This document shows positions 17,688-27,070 of a DNA stretch of 64,000 nt, in pieces. Position 1 is the stretch's first letter; the number at the start of each line of letters is the position of its first letter. The notes under the pieces were generated by a model that was given only the letters and a program-made list of their open reading frames with translations, ran no database searches and was not told the DNA's origin. The DNA comes from an uncultured Hyphomicrobium sp. Its GTDB lineage: Bacteria; Pseudomonadota; Alphaproteobacteria; Rhizobiales; Hyphomicrobiaceae. The translations under genes were made by a program, and so were the position numbers. The stretch is from positions 2,469 to 66,468 of the forward strand of contig CAZDUD010000002.1 of NCBI GenBank assembly GCA_964508485.1, in the 5' to 3' direction.

Positions 17688-18968
17688 CTAAAGCACGAGC
17701 TGGCGCACGTCTTCGAGGATGACGACGAGCCGGCGTACAAAGCGTGCCGCCTCCGCCCCGTCGATGACGCGGTGATCGTAGCTGAGCGAGAGCGGCAGCA
17801 TGAGCCGCGGCTGGAACGCTTTGCCATCCCACTTAGGCTTGGTCTGGGCGCGGACGACACCGAGGATCGCCACCTCGGGTGCGTTGATGATCGGCGTGAA
17901 GCCCGTGCCGCCGATGCCGCCGAGGCTGGAGATCGAGAATGTGCCGCCCTGGATGTCGGCGGGCGCGATCTTCCCGTCGCGCATCCGTTGCGACACAGTG
18001 CCGATCTCCTGCGAGAGCTCGACTATGCCTTTGCGGTCCACGTCGCGGATGACCGGCACCACGAGCCCGTCCTTTGTGTCGACGGCAATGCCGAGATGAT
18101 AGTAGCGCTTGAGGATCAGGCTCTCCTTGTCGGGCGCGAGCGAGGCGTTGAACTCGGGGTGCTCCTTGAGCGCCACGACGCAGGCCTTCATGATGAAGGC
18201 GAGCAGCGTCACGCGATAGCCCTTTGCCTTGGCGTCGTCGTCGAGGGAGCGGCGGTAGGCCTCGAGGTCCGTGATATCCGCTTCGTCGCTGTGCGTCACA
18301 TGCGGGATGTTGAGCCACGCGCGGTGCAGGTGCGGTCCGCCGAGCCGCTTGAGCCGTGACAGGGCCTTCGTCTCGATGGGGCCGTACTTGGCGAAGTCCT
18401 GCGCCGGGATCTCCGGGATGCCGGCCCCTCCGCTTGCGCCACCCCCGCCGAGCGCACGCTTGACGTCCTCCTTGGTGATGCGGCCTTTCTCGCCGGTGCC
18501 CTTGAGCTTCGTGAGGTCGATGTCGAGCTCGCGCGCGAGCCGACGCACGGACGGGCTCGCATGCACGTCGCCGAAGTCCACGCCGAGCGGCAACGGCACC
18601 CGTGCTTGCGGGCCGCCGGTGTCCTCCTCCGTGCCCGGCGCGTCGGCTTTCGGGGCTTTGCCCGTCTCGGCAGCCTTCGGCGCAGAGGGCGCGTCGGTCT
18701 TGGCGGCAGGCTTTGCGTCGGCAGCCCCGCCTTCCGACGCGAGCCGCACGAGCGCCGACCCCTCGCTCACCTTGTCGCCGACGCGGACCAGCACTTCCGC
18801 GATCTCGCCCGCCTGCGGCGCCGGCACCTCCATGGCGGCCTTGTCGCTCTCGAGCGTGACCAGCGGATCGTCGGGCTTGATCCTGTCGCCTGGCTTCACG
18901 TGCACCTCGATGATGGGCACGTCCTTGTAGTCGCCGATGTCGGGAACCTTCACGTCGATGACGGACAT
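17688..18968 (-). CDS. aceF: Dihydrolipoamide acetyltransferase (E2) with a single lipoyl domain
   Basis: Lipoyl motif LESDKAAMEVP, E3-binding HASPSVRRLARE and catalytic DHRVIDG. Confidence 0.95.
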   Translation of the reverse strand: MSVIDVKVPDIGDYKDVPIIEVHVKPGDRIKPDDPLVTLESDKAAMEVPAPQAGEIAEVLVRVGDKVSEGSALVRLASEGGAADAKPAAKTDAPSAPKAAETGKAPKADAPGTEEDTGGPQARVPLPLGVDFGDVHASPSVRRLARELDIDLTKLKGTGEKGRITKEDVKRALGGGGASGGAGIPEIPAQDFAKYGPIETKALSRLKRLGGPHLHRAWLNIPHVTHSDEADITDLEAYRRSLDDDAKAKGYRVTLLAFIMKACVVALKEHPEFNASLAPDKESLILKRYYHLGIAVDTKDGLVVPVIRDVDRKGIVELSQEIGTVSQRMRDGKIAPADIQGGTFSISSLGGIGGTGFTPIINAPEVAILGVVRAQTKPKWDGKAFQPRLMLPLSLSYDHRVIDGAEAARFVRRLVVILEDVRQLVL

Positions 18969-19004
18969 GCATCTTCCTTGTTGGAGCACTTCCGGAAACA
19001 GGAT

Positions 19005-21692
19005 CTATGCGCGCGCCGGGTCGGCCTTCTCGGGATCGATGCCGTACTTTGCGATGGCTTCGACCACCTTGGACGAGGGGAGCTTGTTGTCGTCGGCCAG
19101 CGCCTTGAGAGCCGCGACCGCCACAAAATGCCGGTCTACCTCGAAATGCTGCCGGAGCCTGCGCCGGGTGTCGGAGCGCCCGAACCCGTCCGTGCCGAGC
19201 ACCTGATAGGGGCCGCGCACGAACGGCCCGATCTGGTCCGCAAACAGCTTCACGTAGTCGGTCGACGCCACCGTCGGCGCATCCCCACGCGCGGCGAGGC
19301 ACTGCGTGACGTAGGGGACGCGCGGCGTCTCGGCCGGATGCAGCATGTTCCAACGCTCGACGGCCAGCGCCTCGCGCCGGAGCTCTGTGAAGCTTGTCAC
19401 GCTCCAGATGTCGGCCGCCACCCCGAAGTCCTGCGCCAGAAGCTCCGCCCCTGCGATCACCTCGTTGAGGATCGCGCCCGAGCCCAGGAGCTGCACCTTG
19501 GGCGCGCCGGCCGTCGTGTCCGTGCTCTTGAGGAGATACATGCCGCGCACGATGCCCTCTTCCGCGCCCTCGGGCATGGCGGGATGCACATAGTTCTCGT
19601 TGAGGGACGTCAGGTAGTAGAACACGTCCTCCTGATCGCCGAGCATACGCTTGAGGCCGTGCTGGATGATGACAGCCAGCTCGTAGCCGTAGGTCGGATC
19701 GTAGGAGAGGCAGTTCGGGATCGTGGACGACAGGATGTGGCTGTGGCCGTCCTGGTGCTGCAGGCCTTCGCCGTTGAGCGTGGTGCGCCCGGAGGTTCCG
19801 CCGATCAGGAAGCCGCGCGCACGGATGTCGCCGGCCGCCCACGCAAGATCGCCGATGCGCTGGAAGCCGAACATCGAGTAGTAAATGAAGAACGGCAGCA
19901 TCGGCACGTTCGAGGACGAGTAGGAGGTGGCAGCCGCGATCCACGACGCCATGCCGCCCGCCTCGCTGATGCCCTCCTGCAGCATCTGCCCGCTGCGGTC
20001 CTCCTTGTAGAACATGAGCTGCTCGGCATCCTCCGGACGGTAGAGCTGCCCCACCTGGCTGTAGATGCCGAAGGTGCGGAACATGCCCTCCATGCCGAAC
20101 GTGCGGCTCTCGTCCGGCACAATCGGCACGATATGCTTGCCGAGCGCCTTGTCGCGCAAGAGCTTGGTAAGGCACTGCACGAACACCATCGTCGTGGAGA
20201 TCGCGCGGCCCTCGGAGCCCTTGAGCTGTGCTTCGAACAGCGACAGCGGAGGGGGATCGAGCTGGAACGTCGTCTTGGTGCGCCGCTTCGGTAGGTATCC
20301 GCCGAGCGCCTCGCGTCGCGCCTTGAGATAGCGAAGCTCGGGGCTGTCGTCGGCGAACGTGATGAACGGCAGCGTCTCGAGGTCATCGTCCGTGAGCGTG
20401 ACCTTGAACCGGTCGCGGAAGCCCTTGAGCGCGTCGAGCGCCATCTTCTTCTGCTGGTGTGCGATCATCTGCCCTTCGCCCGCGCTCCCCATGCCGTAGC
20501 CCTTGACGGTCTTGGCGAGGATGACGGTCGGCTGGCCGGCGTGCCGCGTCGCTTCCGCATAGGCGGCATAGACCTTCGTCGGATCGTGCCCGCCGCGCGT
20601 CAACGACCAGATCCGGTCGTCCGTCCAGTCGGCAACGAGGGCAGCAGTCTCCGGATAGCGCCCGAAGAAGTTCTTCCTGATGTAGGCGCCGTCCTTGCTC
20701 TTGAAGTCCTGGTACTGCCCGTCGTTGCACTCTTCCATGAGCTGGCGCAGCCGCCCCGTCGTGTCGCGGGCGAGCAGTGGGTCCCAGTTCGCCCCCCAGA
20801 TCACCTTGATGACGTTCCAGCCGGCCCCACGGAAGCTCCCCTCGAGCTCCTGGATAATCTTGCCGTTGCCGCGCACCGGCCCGTCGAGGCGCTGCAGGTT
20901 GCAATTGATGACGAAGATCAGGTTGTCGAGCTTCTCACGGCCCGCAAGCGAGATCGCCCCGAGGCTCTCGGGCTCGTCCATCTCGCCGTCGCCGCAGAAC
21001 ACCCACACGTGGCGGCTTGTGGTATCGGCGAGCCCGCGGTCGTGGAGATACTTGAGGAAACGGGCCTGATAGATCGCCATGATCGGCCCGAGGCCCATCG
21101 AGACGGTCGGGAACTGCCAGAACTCGGGCATCAGCCACGGGTGCGGATAGGAGGGAAGGCCCTTGCCGCCCGTCTCCTGCCGGAAGTGCATGAGCTGATC
21201 CTCGGAGAGACGACCCTCGAGGAACGCGCGCGCATAGATGCCCGGCGAGGAATGCCCCTGGATGAACAGGAGGTCGCCGCCGTGGTCATCGCCGGCGCCG
21301 TGCCAGAAATGCATGAAGCCCGTGTCGTAGAGCGTCGCCGCCGACTGGAAGCTGGCGATATGCCCGCCGAGCTCGCTCGTCTCCTTGTTGGCGCGCAGCA
21401 CCATCGCGAGCGCATTCCAGCGGATCGCCGAGCGGATGCGGTGCTCGATCGCCCGGTCGCCCGGATGCGGCGTCTCCTTGTGCGGCGGAATGGTGTTGAT
21501 GTAGGCGGTATTGGCTGCAAAGGGCAGCCGCGCGCCCTGCCTGCGCGCCATGTCGACCGTCTTGCCGAGCAGGAAATCCGCCCGCTCGCTGCCCTCGAAC
21601 GCCATTACCGAGCTGATCGCGTCGACCCACTCGCGCGCTTCCACATCCGGCTCACCCTCGCCGTCGCGGATCTCGAGAACTGTCCTCCCCAT
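19005..21692 (-). CDS. aceE: Pyruvate dehydrogenase E1, homodimeric type
   Basis: GGHIASFQS, SYPHPWLMPEFWQFPTVSMGLG, GDGEMDEPES, NCNLQRLDGPV and LGTDGFGRSD; 895 aa. Confidence 0.96.
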   Translation of the reverse strand: MGRTVLEIRDGEGEPDVEAREWVDAISSVMAFEGSERADFLLGKTVDMARRQGARLPFAANTAYINTIPPHKETPHPGDRAIEHRIRSAIRWNALAMVLRANKETSELGGHIASFQSAATLYDTGFMHFWHGAGDDHGGDLLFIQGHSSPGIYARAFLEGRLSEDQLMHFRQETGGKGLPSYPHPWLMPEFWQFPTVSMGLGPIMAIYQARFLKYLHDRGLADTTSRHVWVFCGDGEMDEPESLGAISLAGREKLDNLIFVINCNLQRLDGPVRGNGKIIQELEGSFRGAGWNVIKVIWGANWDPLLARDTTGRLRQLMEECNDGQYQDFKSKDGAYIRKNFFGRYPETAALVADWTDDRIWSLTRGGHDPTKVYAAYAEATRHAGQPTVILAKTVKGYGMGSAGEGQMIAHQQKKMALDALKGFRDRFKVTLTDDDLETLPFITFADDSPELRYLKARREALGGYLPKRRTKTTFQLDPPPLSLFEAQLKGSEGRAISTTMVFVQCLTKLLRDKALGKHIVPIVPDESRTFGMEGMFRTFGIYSQVGQLYRPEDAEQLMFYKEDRSGQMLQEGISEAGGMASWIAAATSYSSSNVPMLPFFIYYSMFGFQRIGDLAWAAGDIRARGFLIGGTSGRTTLNGEGLQHQDGHSHILSSTIPNCLSYDPTYGYELAVIIQHGLKRMLGDQEDVFYYLTSLNENYVHPAMPEGAEEGIVRGMYLLKSTDTTAGAPKVQLLGSGAILNEVIAGAELLAQDFGVAADIWSVTSFTELRREALAVERWNMLHPAETPRVPYVTQCLAARGDAPTVASTDYVKLFADQIGPFVRGPYQVLGTDGFGRSDTRRRLRQHFEVDRHFVAVAALKALADDNKLPSSKVVEAIAKYGIDPEKADPARA

Positions 21693-21799
21693 ACGATCGG
21701 CTCCGTAGTGTAAGGCTGCGACCTGAATGCATCCTATATACTGTCTGCAATGCCTGATGACGTCCCAATTCGTGAACTACGAACCATTATCGGCGCCGA

Positions 21800-21841
21800 G
21801 TCTTCCAGAAACGGGATAACGTCTTCCAGAAAAGCGATAAC
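21800..21841. repeat. Tandem 21-bp direct repeat upstream of aceE
   Basis: GTCTTCCAGAAACGGGATAAC / GTCTTCCAGAAAAGCGATAAC, 19 of 21 positions identical. Confidence 0.85.
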
Positions 21842-21966
21842 GCTGCATTCGAGGGTGAGGTTGCGACGAAAGTCGATGGCCGAACACGCTGACCGTAGAC
21901 GCAGAGATTACGGCGCCTCGGTCCAAATCGAAAATCGAGAATGTGGAGATCCGGCGAATCCGGCGA

Positions 21967-22917
21967 TTACTGCTTCGTCTCGCCGCTGGTGAGCCGCGCG
22001 GCGATGCGCGCGGCAAGCTCCGCGTTCCATGACATGACGGGGGCTGAATCGTAGACGGGCAGCCGCCCCGGCGCGAAGGTGCAAGGAACGCCCGACGCGC
22101 TGACTTTCCTGGCGGCCCTGAGCAGGCGGTCGCGGCCACCCGTCAGGCGCGCATAGAAGCCGAGGATATCCGCAACTGTCTTTTCGGAGTCGTCTCCTGC
22201 CGTCATGGGGCGGTCGAGATAGGCGATGAGGACCTCAGCGACAGACGGAGGAAGGTAGGCAGGCCGCCCCGCGGCGACGAGCCCGAGCCATGCCCCGCAG
22301 GTCAACAGCTCATGGGCATAGCCATACTGGGGATAGACGTAGCCAGCGTTGACCTGGGTGTGCACGCTGGCAACGAGCGCTTCAATGAGCCCGGCCCGCT
22401 CGAGGAGAAGGGCCGGCGCAGAATCGCCGCTGGAAGGCGCCGCATCCCACAGCATGCGGTCGACGCAGGCGAGCGCGAAGAGCTCGTGCAGCCAGACGTC
22501 CCAGGCGTCGGGACGCAACGGCGCCGGGCTGGCAGCACGCGGAGCGTCGAGGTCGAAAGCCTGCGATGCGTAGCCGTTGGAAAGAAATGCGTCGATCGCA
22601 CCGCTCGCCCGGATGCGATCGAGTGCTTCCGCGGCCGCGCCCGTCGTTGCGGAGCCGAGCCGCAGGGCCGCCGTATGGATCAACCCGGCGAATCGCTGTT
22701 CTATGTAAGGAGCGGGTCCAGAATCGTGGCTACCCGTTGATCTTATTGAGCAAAGCGAAGGCGTCAGAAACAGAAGCTCGTCTGCGTCGATCGTTGCCCA
22801 GTCGGCGGGGTACCAGAGTGTCGTCAAGGAGCACTCGAGCAGCCCATCGCCCCAGACTCGCTGGGGCGGCACCTGTCCTGGGGACATTGAAAGGAATGAT
22901 CGAAAGAACGATAGCAT
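21967..22917 (-). CDS. Hypothetical protein
   Basis: 316-aa ORF filling the gap between the PDH operon and the EPS locus; no motif recognised. Confidence 0.6.
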   Translation of the reverse strand: MLSFFRSFLSMSPGQVPPQRVWGDGLLECSLTTLWYPADWATIDADELLFLTPSLCSIRSTGSHDSGPAPYIEQRFAGLIHTAALRLGSATTGAAAEALDRIRASGAIDAFLSNGYASQAFDLDAPRAASPAPLRPDAWDVWLHELFALACVDRMLWDAAPSSGDSAPALLLERAGLIEALVASVHTQVNAGYVYPQYGYAHELLTCGAWLGLVAAGRPAYLPPSVAEVLIAYLDRPMTAGDDSEKTVADILGFYARLTGGRDRLLRAARKVSASGVPCTFAPGRLPVYDSAPVMSWNAELAARIAARLTSGETKQ

Positions 22918-23214
22918 GAGCCCGCGTGCGTCTCGGCGTCGTTGAAAAATTGGCGCCGCTTCCGGTCGTGCCGCGGCGTAAGTCTTTGCAAATCTAGGAG
23001 CAAAATCAGGCCGAGACGCGCCTGCAAAAGGTGGTACACGTCGCTACCTCTAATGGATTGCCATTGCTCCACAATGAAACACATGCTGACCGCAATGCGT
23101 TGCCATGAGTGAGGAGTAGGCTGCCAGGCCAGGCCCGCGGGATTAACAGCTAGGCGCGTGGTAGCTTGATCGTAAGAGTGGTGTTGAACATCTCCATCTC
23201 GAGGAGGCCCCCTC

Positions 23215-23463
23215 TTGCTCACCTGGATCTACCTCGCGATTGCGATGGCGGGCTTCGCCATGGGGCTCGCGTTCAAAATTCCGTTCGTGATCGCCTGCTC
23301 TGTCGCGTTGGCGGCGGCCATTACGGCGGTTGCGGTCGTTGAGGAATGGTCGATCCTGTCGGCGTTCGGAACGGTCGCGGGAGCGCTTCTTGCACTCCAG
23401 ACGTCTTATCTTCTCGGCCTCACGGCGTCGTCCGCGTGCCACAGGCGGCGGCTGCGGAAATAG
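23215..23463 (+). CDS. Small membrane protein, ExoX/SyrA-like EPS production regulator
   Basis: GAGGAGG RBS, TTG start, 82 aa, hydrophobic. LQTSYLLG resembles the ExoX QxGY region, and it is adjacent to an exoY-like gene. Confidence 0.6.
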   Translation: MLTWIYLAIAMAGFAMGLAFKIPFVIACSVALAAAITAVAVVEEWSILSAFGTVAGALLALQTSYLLGLTASSACHRRRLRK

Positions 23464-23495
23464 GACACCTTCCTTGCTTGGCCGGGCTGCCGATC

Positions 23496-24188
23496 TCAGG
23501 ACGTCTCGTCCGTGGCCATCATGGCCTTCACGGTTTTGAGCGCGATCGCCGCATCGAGCAGCATCGACCACCGCCGGACGTAGTACCTGTCGAGCGCAAT
23601 GCGCTTCGAGTATTTCAGCTTGCTGCGGCCGCTGACCTGCCACAAGCCCGTAATGCCGGGCCGCGCGGAGAAGTAGTCCCGCGCGTAAGACCCATACCGC
23701 GCGAGTTCTGCGGGCACGATGGGGCGCGGACCAACGCAGCTCATGTCGCCGATGAGAACATTGTAGAGCTGGGGAAGCTCATCCAGGCTGGACTTGCGGA
23801 GGAGTTGGCCAAGTCGTGTGACGCGAGGGTCGTTCTTGAGCTTGCGGGTCTCCGCCCATTCCGCGGCGACCAATGGATCGCTTGCGATCAGTCGCGCGAG
23901 CTGACTGTCCGCGTCGGACAGCATCGTGCGGAACTTATAGCAGCGGAACTGCCGGCCCCGGTGCCCAAGGCGCGTCTGGTAGTAGAATACGGAGCCGCCC
24001 ATCGTCAGCTTGATCAGCGCTGCGATGACAAGCATCACCGGCGACATCGCAATGAGTCCCAGCGACGCGATGATCACGTCGATAATCCGCTTTGCGCCGC
24101 CCCCGATGCCGCGCGTCCACGTGAAATCAACATCCGCCCTGTCCGTGGTGGCAGCGGCGCCAAAATTCGAATTAATAAGCATTTCCAC
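23496..24188 (-). CDS. Priming sugar-phosphate transferase, ExoY-like (copy 1)
   Basis: KRIIDV, FRCYKFRTM, KLKNDPRVT, RKSSLDELPQL, GDMSCVGPRP and RPGITGLWQVSGR. Confidence 0.93.
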   Translation of the reverse strand: MEMLINSNFGAAATTDRADVDFTWTRGIGGGAKRIIDVIIASLGLIAMSPVMLVIAALIKLTMGGSVFYYQTRLGHRGRQFRCYKFRTMLSDADSQLARLIASDPLVAAEWAETRKLKNDPRVTRLGQLLRKSSLDELPQLYNVLIGDMSCVGPRPIVPAELARYGSYARDYFSARPGITGLWQVSGRSKLKYSKRIALDRYYVRRWSMLLDAAIALKTVKAMMATDETS

Positions 24189-24325
24189 CCAAACCGCACG
24201 CAGTGGAGATACCCAACCATCTGCGAGCAGAGGAGTGACGTGAAGTTAGGCAAAGGAGGTATTGAGGATTGAACCTTCTGGAGTATTCCCGCCGCCCAGT
24301 TTAGGGAGGCACGCCCAGGTAAGCA

Positions 24326-25462
24326 TCACGCCATCAGGCGGTTCGTCAGAGCGCGCACGACGGCGGTCGGGTAATGCGGCCTTAATGGGACCCGGCAGGT
24401 CCGGGACAGGATGTCGAGTGTCCGGGGGCACATGTCGGGTGTGAAAGAGATGTCCCGGTGAGCCCATCGATAAGGGTTCATCCTGTCGTGGAAGCCCCGT
24501 TGAGAGAACAACGGCTCCCAATTCCTGTATACGTGCCGGCCGGTATCGATAAGGCGCTCCACCCCGCCCCGGCCGCTGAACGCCTTGGCCTCCTGGGCTT
24601 TGTCGAAAATGATCGTGAGCCCCACCGCACTGGCAGGGTCATTATGCGGGGAGATCCTGAATTTGCTGCTCTTCGAGAGGATGCTGGAAACGACTTCATA
24701 GCGCCTGCGGAGCCGCTTGAGCATCGGATCCAGCTTCGAGAGCTGGGCATGCAGCACGGCGCCGGTCAGCTCGGACACCCGCAGATTGACACCCGGGAAT
24801 ATCGGCTCATTGCCCTCGAATTCATGCTCGCGGATGTAATTCCCAACGTCATGGTACATGCGGGCGCGCGTAAAGATCCTGTCGTCGTTGGTCAGCACTG
24901 CGCCCCCCTCGCCGGCGCTGATGTTCTTGTATTGATTGAAGCTGAACGCTCCGGCATCGGCGAGCGAGCCGACGCGACGACCCTTGTAGCTCACCCCGAC
25001 GCCCTGGCAGGCATCCTCGATCACCACCAGGTTGTGCCGGCGCGCGATCGCGTTGATGGCGTCCATGTCGCTCACGACGTTAAGCATGTGGACGGGAATG
25101 ATAGCCTTCGTATGCGGCGTGATCTGGGGCTCAATGTCCTCGGGATCCATCGTCAACGTTTCGTCGATCTCGACCAGCACCGGAACAGCGCCGACTGCAA
25201 GGGGTGCGACGGCGGTTGCGACCCAGGTGTACGCGGGCACGAGCACCTCGTCGCCCGGACCGATGCCCGCTCCGACAAGAGCCGCGACAAGCGCGCTCGT
25301 GCCGCTATTGACCACGAGCGTGTGCTTCACGCCGATCTTCTCAGCGAGTTGGCGCTCAAAACGGGCGGTGAAGCCGTTCTCGCCTGCCCCGAACCGCGAT
25401 AGTTGGCCTCCGGCAATGACCCTTCCAAGGTTTGCCAGCTCTCGGACGCCAACGCGCGCCAT
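24326..25462 (-). CDS. DegT/DnrJ/EryC1/StrS PLP-dependent sugar aminotransferase
   Basis: SGTSAL, GDEVLVP, IEDACQ and SFNQYKNISAGEGG (PLP Lys). GGAGG RBS before ATG 25462. Confidence 0.92.
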   Translation of the reverse strand: MARVGVRELANLGRVIAGGQLSRFGAGENGFTARFERQLAEKIGVKHTLVVNSGTSALVAALVGAGIGPGDEVLVPAYTWVATAVAPLAVGAVPVLVEIDETLTMDPEDIEPQITPHTKAIIPVHMLNVVSDMDAINAIARRHNLVVIEDACQGVGVSYKGRRVGSLADAGAFSFNQYKNISAGEGGAVLTNDDRIFTRARMYHDVGNYIREHEFEGNEPIFPGVNLRVSELTGAVLHAQLSKLDPMLKRLRRRYEVVSSILSKSSKFRISPHNDPASAVGLTIIFDKAQEAKAFSGRGGVERLIDTGRHVYRNWEPLFSQRGFHDRMNPYRWAHRDISFTPDMCPRTLDILSRTCRVPLRPHYPTAVVRALTNRLMA

Positions 25463-25828
25463 AAGGATAACCTCCCAGTTTTTTCCAAATAATACACTTG
25501 AAGACGGAGCGTTCACGCACGTGCGGCGGGCATAGTAAGTAATTCCTGGAGAACCCGACCGTCGCTGGGAGCGTGAGTTATTGGTTCTAAATTGAGTGTG
25601 AGCACGAGTTTGCCTGCCGTGGTTGCAGAAGCGGGCAAAAAACGATTGTCAAAAAAGAAAAGAGCGCTCTGTCGACCAGCGCGGCCGATGTCTCAAGCGT
25701 CCAAGGCCGCGGCGTCAAAACACCACGACGTCGGACGTTCATCATCCTATCAGCGTACGGATTGCGTGCCTAGCTGCGTCAGGTCCGAGAAATACCCAGT
25801 CGCTGGCAGATGTTGCCGGAGTGCCGCC

Positions 25829-26593
25829 CTAGGCACTCTCGGCGTTTCTCCTGAGCTGACCCACAAGATAGGCGACCTGGGTTCGGTTCTGCGCCTTGAG
25901 CCGTTTCATGATGTTGCGCACGTGGACCTTCACCGTGCTCTCGCACATGTTGAGCTCGTAGGCGATGGTCTTGTTGGCCTTGCCGAGACGAAGAGCCTCG
26001 ACGACGGCGGCCTGCCTGGAGGTGAACATGCTGTCGAACTGCCCATGTGGGTCTGCCGAGGTAGAATTCCTCTTGTAGGCAGCCAGTAAGCTGCTCGCCG
26101 GGACGAATGTCCCGCCGGCCTTCACGATTTTCATCGCTTCGATCGCGACGTTGAGGCACGTCTCGGTCGAAATGTACCCGCGAGCACCCTTGCCGATCGC
26201 ATCCACGACACTGTCTGCTGTGTCGGAATCAGACAGTACGACGACCGGCAGACTAGGCGCAGCCTGCGCCAACTGCTGGAGGTTATCCTTCGTGGCGTGC
26301 TCGCTTACCCCGCTGTCAGCCGAAAGAATGACCAGCGCGGTGTTCTGCACGAAACCGGATTTGACCCATTCGTCGACGCTGGCGGCGGCAACAACGTTGA
26401 AATTGTTCCGTGAGCTCAGCGACGTAACAATGCAGTCCCGAAAAAAAGCCCGCCGTTCGATCACGACGATGGTCGCTGATGCTTCTGTCTTGGGCAGAAC
26501 CGCCCTGTGCTCAACGGGAGTGCCGACCTTGTCGCTCGAACCGTCAACCAACGTTTTATAGCTTCGTGAAATATGATCATTAGTAGTACGCAT
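25829..26593 (-). CDS. LuxR-family regulator with an atypical receiver-like domain
   Basis: C-terminal FTSRQAAVV..GKANKTIAYELNMCESTVKVH. The N-terminal REC-like domain has IERR and LVILS in place of the acidic residues. Confidence 0.88.
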   Translation of the reverse strand: MRTTNDHISRSYKTLVDGSSDKVGTPVEHRAVLPKTEASATIVVIERRAFFRDCIVTSLSSRNNFNVVAAASVDEWVKSGFVQNTALVILSADSGVSEHATKDNLQQLAQAAPSLPVVVLSDSDTADSVVDAIGKGARGYISTETCLNVAIEAMKIVKAGGTFVPASSLLAAYKRNSTSADPHGQFDSMFTSRQAAVVEALRLGKANKTIAYELNMCESTVKVHVRNIMKRLKAQNRTQVAYLVGQLRRNAESA

Positions 26594-27070
26594 TACGCAA
26601 CCCTCAACCCTAGCCACCCCGTGTGCTTGGCCTTCCGAACGGAGCTTCTCCCAGTTTGGTACGCCAATTTGGCTTTTGCTAAGCCTTGTTAGCACTTTCG
26701 GTTGTTACTTTGAAGGACAAACTTAACTTTTAGGAGGCTTCCCAAAGGTATGCGCCATTAACCGTAAGGTGCATGGTGCGCCCCCCTTGGGATGCCCGAC
26801 GGAAAGGTCTCTGGTAAATACGCGCCGTTTCCCTTTCCCAGAATGACACGCTTCGAAATAGTCGGAGCAAAGAACGGGCCAAACCAATAGTTGACCGTCC
26901 TATGCCCGTTAGCGGTCAGTGGTTACGGCGCGCAGCCGCGCCCACTGGGCACCACTTCAGGAGCGTTTACGGCGCGAGCCGCCAATTGTTTTGATGGAAG
27001 ACGGGCCCCACGCCCGAACATGTCCCCCCTTCATTTGTACTAACCCCCAAGAATGCGAACGGCGATCTCC

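Noticed and set aside
16147-21713. Long alternative-frame ORFs (514, 780, 577 and 418 aa) over the PDH operon
   Set aside because: Arg/Gly/Ala-rich shadows caused by high GC3 in well-supported aceE/aceF/lpd genes.
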